Shown here: positions 6,829 to 14,560 of the stretch, one piece after another
Layout: each line of letters starts with the position of its first letter
How positions within the stretch are numbered: position 1 is the first letter of the stretch
NCBI GenBank assembly: GCA_038213805.1
Contig: JBBQSO010000106.1
Location: 1-16,453 of the forward strand
Length of the DNA stretch: 16,453 nucleotides
DNA from: Planctomycetota bacterium
GTDB taxonomy: Bacteria; Planctomycetota; UBA11346
Direction of reading: 5' to 3'
Translations under genes and position numbers: made by a program
The notes under the pieces: generated by a model
Database searches by the model: none
What the model saw: the letters and a program-made list of their open reading frames with translations, nothing else
Told to the model about the DNA's origin: nothing

Positions 6829-9800
6829 GGCGGATTCCCTGGGAGGTGCGGCGGCGCTGCGGGCTGGGTCGGCGATGGCGGTGCGGGCATCACGGCGGCG
6901 AGATCGTGGATGGCGGTGCGGTGGCTCGGTGACGTCCCGCCGCTCAGCGTGGCCAGGCTGTGGCGCAGGGCGTCGAGCCGCGCCGGCGTGATCCCGCGCA
7001 GCGTCTCGTCCGCGGGCGATCCGGAGCCCAACTCGATGCCGAACTCGAGCTCCTTGGGCCAGACCGAGAGCGCTTCCCTGGCGAGTGCGATGACCCGTTC
7101 CGGGTCGGCGCTGTAGCACAGCGCGGTGGCGCCATCCGTGGTGGCGGCGATGGCCGTCAGCAGATCGCGCTGCTCGGCGCGGAAGAACTGTGCTGGGCAG
7201 TCCACCCACAGCGTCGCCGGCTGTTGCGTGCGCGCTGCGCGCAGCAATTCAAGATAGCGGTTCGTCAGCGCCGCGCGGCGCTCGCCACCAGCGGCCCAAC
7301 CCGGGTCCGCCTGCGGCTCCAGGTCCAGTTTCAGGCCCTGGAAGCGGTGCGCGGCGTGCTCTTGGAACGCGGCCAGGCGTCGGCATGCGGGGGCGAGGCC
7401 ATCGGCGCCCTGCAGCCACTCCGGTTCGCCGAGCAGCGCCCAGACCGCTATCCCGGCCTGCTCGGCGCTGGCGATGAACTCCCCGATGGAGGTGGCGGAT
7501 TCGCCCTCCAGGACGGTGCCCGTGGCGCCGATGTAGAGGTAGATGCGATTGATGTGGGCGGTCGTGGCGGTGGCGAGTGCCGCCACCCCATGGTCTGCGA
7601 GGAGTTCGTCGCGGTGCCAGGCCCACGTCGATGCCGGTGCGGTAATCCCCGCGGCGTGGTCCACGTCATCACCGCCCGGGGCGGTCACGCCGGCGCCCGG
7701 CGCAGCAATTGCGGGTGCAGGTGCTGCGCTGAGTCCTTGTGCGAGCATGGCGGCGAGACCCTGGGCCTGGCTGATGCGGATGTAACGCTCAGCCACCAGC
7801 TGCCAGGCGTCCGCCTGCGCGCGGTGCGCCAGCAGCGCCGTCCGCTCGATGTCGATCAGCCCGGTCGCGGTGAGCGGGGCGTCACCACCCACTTGGCCAC
7901 GCTCAGCGCGCAGGTGCGCCACGCGCAGCGTTTCCTGCGCCGCGCGCAGCGCCGCGCGCCCCGCGTCCAGCTCGCCGCGCGCCTGATGGTAGGCGGCCCA
8001 CGCCTCGGCAAGATCGTGGCGGATGACCAGGGCCGCAGCCTCCTCGCCAGAGCGCAGAGCCTCCTGGAGGCGCTCCTGGTAGGCGCGGTCGAGATCGCGG
8101 TCCTTGAACCACCCGAGCGGCAGATTGCCGGACAGGCCCAGGCTGGTGAAGTCGTCGACCGGGTCGGTGCCGTAACGCGCCGAGTAGGAATACCCGGCGC
8201 TGACCGCGACCGTGGGTCGGTAGCGTGAGCCGGCCTGAGACGAGAAGAACGCCTCGCGCAGCGCCGCGTGCGCGGCGCTCATGGCCGGATGGTTGAGCAG
8301 CGCGACCCGCAGCAGGTCGGGATACTCATCGACCGGCAGTTCCCAGGATGCCGGCGCTCCCGGCTCGGTGGGGGTGCCCGCAGCAAGCCCGCACAGGCCA
8401 AGGATGCGCTCGCGCAGGATCCGCTGCCAGCGCTCATCGCTGGCCACATCGCCCCGGCGCTTGACCCGTTCCTGCTCCAGGATCAGGTCCTGTTCCAGGC
8501 CAGAGCGGCCGGCCTTGCGCTGCTGGTCGATCACGCCGGCCGCGCGTTCCGCCAGCGCCGCAAGATCACGATCGCGATCCAGTCGCTGCCCATACGCCTG
8601 CCAGGCGACGAAGGCCAGCGCCGCATCTGCCTGTTGGCGGTTCACCTCTTCGGCCAGCGCGTCGCGGGCGATGCTCGCGCGCACGACGCCCGCTTCGCTC
8701 AGGGCGTGGTTGCGGTCCCATTCGAAGAGCGGCTGTGTGACCCCAAGCACCCCGCGCAGCACGTTCTGGGCGAGGTAGTCGCCAGAAAAGGTGGTGGGAT
8801 TGGTGAAGATCCCGACCGCGGGTGTGTAAAAGGCCCCGAAATTGAGCGTCGGCAGATTCGCCAGACGCAGCTGCCGCGCCTCGATGAGCGCCGCGGCAAG
8901 CAGGGCGCGACGCCGCAGCACGGCCGGATTGCGCGCCTCGACCAGGGCGGCCACGTCCTTCAATTCAAGATGCTGCGGGATTTCGATCAGCCGCGGTCGC
9001 AGGTGGCCGTCGACGGTGGCGAAGGCGATGCCCGTTTGGGGACCGGCCGTGACGGCGCCTTGGGCGTCCTCCTTCCAGGGGACGGGCGCGGAAGCATCCA
9101 GTCCGCAGTGGAAGAGCTGGAAGCTGCCGGCCGGATCAGCTGCGAAGACCATGCCGGTGCCATCCGCGCGCAGGCTGCGTACATCGTAAGCTTGGCCCGC
9201 TAGCAGCGCGCGCGGCGCCTGGCCCTCGGCATCCATGGCCATCAGCAGGTGGTGCGCATCATCGGCGCGATGCAGCCACGCCACCGCGCCGCTACTGCCA
9301 ACGGCGATGGGCAGCGCGTTGCCGCCATCGCTGGTCAGCCGGGCACTGCCGGCGTTGCCGACCTGCCCCTGGTCCACGGTGAAATCGAAGCGGAACACGT
9401 CGAGCGCACCATCGCCCAGCGTCTTCCCGACCAGCAGGCTGCGGAAGATCCGGCACTGCGGACCCGCCACCGCCGTGAAGCGGAAGGTGCGCGGATCGAG
9501 CAGCCAGGGCCCGCCCACGCCCGGCTGCGTGCGTATGGCGAAGAGCGCGACGTCCTCGCGCCCGACGTCTTCCGCACCAGGCTCGCGCGGCAGGGGGTCG
9601 GCGCCGGATGGATCCAGACGAAAGCCCACCATGCGGATGCCGTCCCGGCCGAGATCATCGACCAGGCGCTGATCCCCGCTGGCCAGCGGTTGGGCGAGCC
9701 CCGTGTAGAGCCGCCGCTGCGCGGCGTCATCGGATTCCTGCTCGACGGCGGCCTGGTCACGGCGTGCACACGCGGCCAGGACGAGACCGAGCAGCGCAGC

Positions 9801-9884
9801 CAGCCCGAGGAGCGGCAGCACCGGGCGCGTGCGCCTGCCGGACGTCGCCGGGCAGCGTGGGGACATGGTTGGGGGCCTGCTCAT
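6825..9884 (-). CDS. TolC-family outer-membrane efflux lipoprotein fused to an N-terminal TolB-like propeller region and a C-terminal glycoside-hydrolase-like TIM barrel (1019 aa)
   Basis: Lipobox LAAC (Cys39, 9768-9770). Two OEP repeats: ARNPAV..LPTLNF..VTQPLFEW and LLNHPAM..RPTVAV..GNLPLGW. Ala/Pro linker, then TWAW..NRIYLY..GIAVWALLGEPEW..RFQGLKLDLEP. ATGA overlaps at both ends. Confidence 0.85.
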   Translation of the reverse strand: MSRPPTMSPRCPATSGRRTRPVLPLLGLAALLGLVLAACARRDQAAVEQESDDAAQRRLYTGLAQPLASGDQRLVDDLGRDGIRMVGFRLDPSGADPLPREPGAEDVGREDVALFAIRTQPGVGGPWLLDPRTFRFTAVAGPQCRIFRSLLVGKTLGDGALDVFRFDFTVDQGQVGNAGSARLTSDGGNALPIAVGSSGAVAWLHRADDAHHLLMAMDAEGQAPRALLAGQAYDVRSLRADGTGMVFAADPAGSFQLFHCGLDASAPVPWKEDAQGAVTAGPQTGIAFATVDGHLRPRLIEIPQHLELKDVAALVEARNPAVLRRRALLAAALIEARQLRLANLPTLNFGAFYTPAVGIFTNPTTFSGDYLAQNVLRGVLGVTQPLFEWDRNHALSEAGVVRASIARDALAEEVNRQQADAALAFVAWQAYGQRLDRDRDLAALAERAAGVIDQQRKAGRSGLEQDLILEQERVKRRGDVASDERWQRILRERILGLCGLAAGTPTEPGAPASWELPVDEYPDLLRVALLNHPAMSAAHAALREAFFSSQAGSRYRPTVAVSAGYSYSARYGTDPVDDFTSLGLSGNLPLGWFKDRDLDRAYQERLQEALRSGEEAAALVIRHDLAEAWAAYHQARGELDAGRAALRAAQETLRVAHLRAERGQVGGDAPLTATGLIDIERTALLAHRAQADAWQLVAERYIRISQAQGLAAMLAQGLSAAPAPAIAAPGAGVTAPGGDDVDHAAGITAPASTWAWHRDELLADHGVAALATATTAHINRIYLYIGATGTVLEGESATSIGEFIASAEQAGIAVWALLGEPEWLQGADGLAPACRRLAAFQEHAAHRFQGLKLDLEPQADPGWAAGGERRAALTNRYLELLRAARTQQPATLWVDCPAQFFRAEQRDLLTAIAATTDGATALCYSADPERVIALAREALSVWPKELEFGIELGSGSPADETLRGITPARLDALRHSLATLSGGTSPSHRTAIHDLAAVMPAPPSPTQPAAPPHLPGNPP

Positions 9885-11434
9885 GCCTTCGGCGCTCCGC
9901 GACCGTGCGAGATCTCGTCATCGGCCAACACCAGCAGGTCGCTGGCGGTGGTGCTTCCCGGGGCCAGCGCGCCCACCGCATCGTGCATCAGTGCCTGGGC
10001 GTCGGCGTGTTCCGCGCGCGCGACAACCACGGCGATGATCAGTTCCTCGGCCATCTGCCCGGCGTCGCTGCGCGCCTGGAACACCGCCGAGATGCGCTGC
10101 GCCACCACCTCGGCGCCGGCGAGCGGCGTGGACGGCAGCATCAGGGCGAGCGTGCCCTCTTCCCAGATGCACGGCACATCCAGGGTGCGCAAGCCCGTCG
10201 TGGCCGCCTTCCACAGCTCCTGGACATAGTGCATGTAGCCGTCCAGACCGCCGCTGCGCACGTCCTCCAGCCGCGTGGCGCGCACCATCACCAGCGACAC
10301 CGGCGTGGTATAGCGCTTCAGCCGCTCCAGCTCGCGCTGCAGCGAATAGAGGAAGAAACTCTTGGCGTAGAGGCCGGTGCCGGCCTTGCGCAACACATTC
10401 GCCATATCCCAGCCGGAGAGGTCCTGGGCCGCCACCACCTCATCGGCCCGCGGGGTGAGGTCATAGGCGTAAACCAGTCGCTCGACCGTGCGCTCCGGTT
10501 CGACATGGGTCTTGCAGGAATGGCAGCGCGCCTGCACGCGCGTCTCGGATGAGATGAAGGCGCAGCTCCGGCACACGTAGCAGCCCGTGGGCTTCTCGTA
10601 GTCGCGGCCGATCTGGCGCAGCTGCACGCGGCACTTCGGGCAGACCAGGTCCTGCCCCTGGGTGAAGTTCGAGAGCGTGTCCATGTGTGCGCAGGCGAAG
10701 TGGTGAATGATGGTCTCGCGCACGAAATCGACGGAGCCGCACCGCGCGCACGACTCGCCATAGCTGAGCTGGTGGCAGGCGCACGACGGGCAGGCGCGCA
10801 GCCGTTCGACGATGGTGCGCTTGCAGATGCCCTGCTGAACCAGGCGTTCGAGCAGCGCGACCTGGTCGACGGCCATGCCCAGGGTGCGCGCGACCTGGGG
10901 GTAACGCCAGCCGTCGATGTCGTCCACCGTCAGCTGTGGCTGCACGCTGCGCTGCCCGGATTCGATCAGCGCGCCGACCAGGTCGAGACAGCGCTGATCG
11001 TCCAGCGGCGGGCGGTTGCGGGCGAGCACGTGCAGCAGGGTGCGCTCGATCTCCGCGAGCAGCGCGGCGCGCGACCTGGGCAACTCGAACACGCGGTCGC
11101 GGCCGGCCCGCAGTCCGCCGGCGGCCGCCGCCGCGACGTCCTGGACCAGGTAGAGCACGGCAGAGAGGTTGCCACGCAGGGCGGGGTGGCGCGCCAGTTC
11201 ACCCATCGGCGAGGCGCCGGTGATGGCGACGATGCACAGGTCGTAGTGGCGGTCGGTGATGCCGATCTCCCACGTACCGCTCAGCACCACCCCCTCGACC
11301 TCGAGCGGGACGACCGTGGCATCGCCGTGGCCCAGCACCGGGACCACGCGCAGTTCGGCACCGATGGTCTCGCGCAGCTCGAGGCAGCCGAGGTCGTCAT
11401 CGCAGATCAGCAGGATGCGGCAGGGTTCGCTCAC
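9881..11434 (-). CDS. Pseudo-receiver + TackOD1-like multi-Zn-ribbon + degenerate GGDEF protein (probable c-di-GMP receptor)
   Basis: REC-like ILLICDDD..YDLCIVAI..FELP. Cys/His pairs CPSC, CARC, HFAC, CPKC, CRSC, CHSC (10514-10792). GGDEF-fold signature TGLYAKSFF..LQRELERLKRY..SLVMV and RTLD-VPCIW-EEGTL (10148-10189). GTG start with GGAG upstream. Confidence 0.85.
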   Translation of the reverse strand: MSEPCRILLICDDDLGCLELRETIGAELRVVPVLGHGDATVVPLEVEGVVLSGTWEIGITDRHYDLCIVAITGASPMGELARHPALRGNLSAVLYLVQDVAAAAAGGLRAGRDRVFELPRSRAALLAEIERTLLHVLARNRPPLDDQRCLDLVGALIESGQRSVQPQLTVDDIDGWRYPQVARTLGMAVDQVALLERLVQQGICKRTIVERLRACPSCACHQLSYGESCARCGSVDFVRETIIHHFACAHMDTLSNFTQGQDLVCPKCRVQLRQIGRDYEKPTGCYVCRSCAFISSETRVQARCHSCKTHVEPERTVERLVYAYDLTPRADEVVAAQDLSGWDMANVLRKAGTGLYAKSFFLYSLQRELERLKRYTTPVSLVMVRATRLEDVRSGGLDGYMHYVQELWKAATTGLRTLDVPCIWEEGTLALMLPSTPLAGAEVVAQRISAVFQARSDAGQMAEELIIAVVVARAEHADAQALMHDAVGALAPGSTTASDLLVLADDEISHGRGAPKA

Positions 11435-11452
11435 GGGAGGGCTCCAAGCGGT

Positions 11453-12778
11453 TCAGAAGCGCGGCGCGTTGCGCCAGGCGGATTGCGGCAGGAAGGGATC
11501 CTGCTGGTTGAGGCGCAGGATCTCCATCACGGTGGCGTAGATGCGCACCCAGCGGAAGAACACCTCGTTGTAGAGCGGCAGGAGCGGCGCCCACGCCAGC
11601 ATCCACAGCTCATCACGCCGGCGCTCGCTGGATACCAGCGCGGTGGTCACGCTCAGCGTCGACAGCAGCGCATAGACGGCCAGGCAGATGGCCATGACGC
11701 CGACCAGCACGACGGGCGCGACGACGATCATGACCGCCAAGTAGACCACATAGAGCAGGTTCGCGATCACCGAGACCAGCAGCACCTGCCCGAGTTCGAC
11801 CGCCATCAGGAACCCATATCGGCGTCCGTTGAGCAGCTCGAGGTGCTTGCGGAAGGCCACCCGCACCAGGTCGCGGTCCCAGCGGATGCGCTGGCGGACC
11901 AGCGTCTTCAGGTTCTCCGGGACATCGGTGGTCGCGATGGCGCGCGGGGCGAATACCGTGCGCCACCCCGCGCGGTGCGCCTTGAGTGTGTTGTCGAGAT
12001 CCTCAGCCGTCGCCACATCGCAACCTCCAAAACCATCAAACGCCGCGCGGCGGTAGGACACACAAGCCCCGCTGGCGATATAATTGGTGCCGAACAGGCC
12101 AAGCCAGCGCCGGTGCAGGCCGATGGCGATCACGTACTCCACCGCCTGCATGCGCGTCCAAAACGAGGCCGCATGGTTCCGCACCTTGAGGTTGCCCGCA
12201 ACCACCGCCACCCGCGGGTCGCAGAAGGGGCCGATGAGGTGCCGCAGCAGGTCGCGATCGAAAGAGGTGTCGACGTCGAGAAAGACGAGGAACTCGCCAT
12301 TGGCCATGCGCGTGCCGAGGTTCTGGCCACTCGGCTTGCCGCCGCGCCCAGTGGCGGCCGAATTGCGCACCAGCCTGATCAAGCCGCGCTGCGCGTAGGG
12401 CAGGGCGCGCGCATAGGTGCGATCTTCCGAACCGTCATCGACCACGATGATCTCAAGGTTCGGGAAGCCGGTCTCGAGCAGGGATTCGATCGCGGGAATC
12501 ACCGCGGCCTCTTCGTTGTACCCCGCCAGCACGACGCTCACGCGCGGCGCGGTGGCCAGGAAGCGATCATGTGCGGCCGAGGTATCCCGCGGCAGGCCGA
12601 GGGAACGCATGACCAGCAGCACTACGGACGGACCGAGGAAGCGCCGCAGATCGAAGAGGATGAATGGCAGGAAGACGACCAGCAGCCACCAGCCCTGCTC
12701 GCCGCAGTACTGTATCCACCCATGCCAGGCCTCTGCGCAGGCGAAGCGTATACGGTCAAGGAGATCAAGCAGCCCCAT
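11453..12778 (-). CDS. Processive family-2 glycosyltransferase (PgaC/IcaA/HasA/Alg8-like polysaccharide synthase)
   Basis: Motifs GYNEE, VVDDGSED, GGK, FLDVD (DxD), SGA, AEDLD (TED-like) and QRIRW (QxxRW, 11879-11893). N-terminal TM and several C-terminal TM helices. Confidence 0.92.
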   Translation of the reverse strand: MGLLDLLDRIRFACAEAWHGWIQYCGEQGWWLLVVFLPFILFDLRRFLGPSVVLLVMRSLGLPRDTSAAHDRFLATAPRVSVVLAGYNEEAAVIPAIESLLETGFPNLEIIVVDDGSEDRTYARALPYAQRGLIRLVRNSAATGRGGKPSGQNLGTRMANGEFLVFLDVDTSFDRDLLRHLIGPFCDPRVAVVAGNLKVRNHAASFWTRMQAVEYVIAIGLHRRWLGLFGTNYIASGACVSYRRAAFDGFGGCDVATAEDLDNTLKAHRAGWRTVFAPRAIATTDVPENLKTLVRQRIRWDRDLVRVAFRKHLELLNGRRYGFLMAVELGQVLLVSVIANLLYVVYLAVMIVVAPVVLVGVMAICLAVYALLSTLSVTTALVSSERRRDELWMLAWAPLLPLYNEVFFRWVRIYATVMEILRLNQQDPFLPQSAWRNAPRF

Positions 12779-12852
12779 GCACGGAATCCCGGGTGGCGGT
12801 GACGGACCCGGGGAGCATCCGGATGCGGCTCCCTAGATCAACGATTCGAAAA

Positions 12853-12903
12853 GCAGACGTGCAGGATGCACGCAGGGCGGTTTTCGCAGACGTGCATTTT
12901 GCA
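12853..12903. promoter_or_regulatory. Tandem operator-like repeat GCAGACGTGCA-N3-TGCA x2 upstream of the GT2 gene
   Basis: Copies at 12853-12870 and 12886-12903 (33-bp period). Copy 1 contains the perfect dyad CGTGCA-GGA-TGCACG (12858-12872). Lies 75-125 bp upstream of the GT2 start. Confidence 0.55.
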
Positions 12904-13034
12904 GCCGTGTTCGCCAGGTCCCCGTAACCGGAACGGGCCAGCCTCGTCTATGGCCCGTGCATGGCGAATGTGTGAAGTTGATGATGGCAGCGCTCTCAGC
13001 GCGTCGGTCATGCGGGATGGCGCGCCGGGGCGCC

Positions 13035-13050
13035 AGTCCGCATGCGGACT
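13035..13050. repeat. 16-bp perfect palindrome AGTCCGCATGCGGACT
   Basis: Exact self-complement in the epimerase-GT2 intergenic region, about 45 bp past the epimerase stop. Function unknown. Confidence 0.5.
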
Positions 13051-13093
13051 TAGGCCATACGTCCCATCGTCGATGGCCCTCAGCTGGCGGTCC

Positions 13094-14047
13094 TCAGCGC
13101 AGGCAATCGCCGATCATCGCACCGAGATCCAGCCCCTGCTTCCAGCCGGTAAGCCGCTGCAGCTTGCGGATGTCGGGCACGCGCCGGCGCATGTCCTCGA
13201 ACCCGCCCTGGGGGAAGGCCTCGGCGTAGGGGACGTCGCGGATGCGCGAATTGCTGCCGGAGGTCGCGATCACGCGCTCGGCGAGGGCGCGCATGCTGAT
13301 CTCCTCGCCACCCCCGATGTTCACCACCTCGCCCACCGCCGCCGGGCACGCGAGCAGGGCGACGATGGCGGCGACCGCATCGGCGACGTGCAGGAAGCAG
13401 CGGCTCTGCGCGCCGTCGCCGTGCACCTCCACGTCGTGGCCGCTGCGCGCCGCCTGGCAGAAGCGCGGCAGGACCATGCCGTAGGCACCCGACTGGCGCG
13501 GCCCGGTGACGTTGAAGAAGCGCCCGATGACGACCGGCAGGCCGCGCTCGCGGTGGTAGGCCAGCGCCTGGAACTCGTCCAGCAGCTTGGAACAGGCGTA
13601 GCTCCAGCGATGCAGGCGGCTGGCGCCCAGCACGCTGTCATCGTCCTCCGCGAACGGGGTGCGCTCAAGCTTGCCGTAGACCTCGCTGGTCGAGGCCAGG
13701 AACAACGGCAGCCGGCCGTGGGCGGTGGCGGCGCGCAGCACCACCTCGGTCCCGCGCACGTTGGTGACGATCGACGCCACCTGGCGCTCAAGGATGCGCC
13801 GCACCCCGACGGCCGCGGCGAGGTGGATCACCGCGTCGACGTTGGCGCAGGCCTCGTCGACCACCAGCTCGTCGCAGACCGAACCGTGGATCACGCTCAA
13901 CCGCGCATCGTGCGCCGCCGCACGCAGATTGCTGAAATCCCCCGTGCTGCCGTCGTCGATCACCGTCACCGCCGACCCGCGGGCGAGCAGCCATTCGACG
14001 AGATGACTGCCGATGAAGCCGGCTCCGCCGGTGACGAGGTAGCGCAT
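13094..14047 (-). CDS. NAD-dependent NDP-sugar epimerase/dehydratase/decarboxylase (extended SDR, ArnA/UXS-like), 317 aa
   Basis: Start re-called at ATG 14047: MRYLVTGGAGFIGSHL. Motifs HLAA, ASTSEVYG, RWSYACSK (YxxxK), RFFNVTGPRQ, GDGAQSRCF, DMRRRVPD. Confidence 0.93.
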   Translation of the reverse strand: MRYLVTGGAGFIGSHLVEWLLARGSAVTVIDDGSTGDFSNLRAAAHDARLSVIHGSVCDELVVDEACANVDAVIHLAAAVGVRRILERQVASIVTNVRGTEVVLRAATAHGRLPLFLASTSEVYGKLERTPFAEDDDSVLGASRLHRWSYACSKLLDEFQALAYHRERGLPVVIGRFFNVTGPRQSGAYGMVLPRFCQAARSGHDVEVHGDGAQSRCFLHVADAVAAIVALLACPAAVGEVVNIGGGEEISMRALAERVIATSGSNSRIRDVPYAEAFPQGGFEDMRRRVPDIRKLQRLTGWKQGLDLGAMIGDCLR

Positions 14048-14560
14048 GGCGAGGGACGCTAGGGAGGGTCCGCGCGGTCGCCATGGAGAGTTTGCAGTGG
14101 GTTGGGCGGGCCCCTTCCCCGCAGCCCTGGTTGCAAACTTGGCGCTGTACCGGAGGGAGCGCGAGGCGGATGTGGCGGTCCGGCCGGCCCAGTTCAAGAC
14201 CCGCGGCGAAGGAGTGGGAACCAATGACCCGGGTCGCGCGACCAGTTTTGGCGCCTCCTGGCGATGGGCTGCAGTAGGGTGTCAGCGTTCAACCGCGAGT
14301 ACGCGTACATGAACGCTGCCTTAGGAGCAGACGCCTAAGACGAAAAGGCGTAAAGAGCATTAAGACCGGAATGAAGTCATAACGGCATTTAAGAGACACG
14401 CGCATAAAACGCTGCAATGCGCAGGACCATAAAACCGCACAATCTTGCATTACGCAGCACACAGAAAACAGCAGACGGGCAAAAGCCCGACGAGCTTGTG
14501 TTTAATCCAAACACGCACCTGGTACGGTTCCCGCTACACAGTTCAAACCGGAGATCCTTC

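Noticed and set aside
6829..7209. N-terminal extension of the HlyD ORF to 7209
   Set aside because: Overlaps the TolC fusion coding region; the ATGA-coupled start at 6828 gives a normal architecture.
9881..11434. Calling this gene an active diguanylate cyclase or a phosphorylatable response regulator
   Set aside because: GGDEF is replaced by EEGTL, and the REC phospho-Asp and Lys positions appear substituted.
11453..12778. Assigning pgaC, alg8, bcsA or hasA
   Set aside because: No pgaABD, alg or bcs partner genes and no PilZ domain; the motifs do not specify the sugar.
10685..12802. 705-aa plus-strand ORF, and similar 5647-7116, 6960-8228 and 12866-14062
   Set aside because: Antisense to well-supported genes; long stop-free shadows are expected at this GC and codon bias.
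12899..12917. Sigma-54 promoter on the minus strand (TGGCGAACACGGCTGCA)
   Set aside because: GG-to-GC spacing is 11 nt, not the required 10.
14048..14224. N-terminal extension of the epimerase, and likewise LamG 14417-14560
   Set aside because: The Rossmann motif and the signal peptide begin right after the downstream ATGs at 14047 and 14561.
14048..14280. c-di-GMP or other riboswitch upstream of the epimerase or GT2
   Set aside because: No recognisable consensus by eye; an Rfam scan would be needed.
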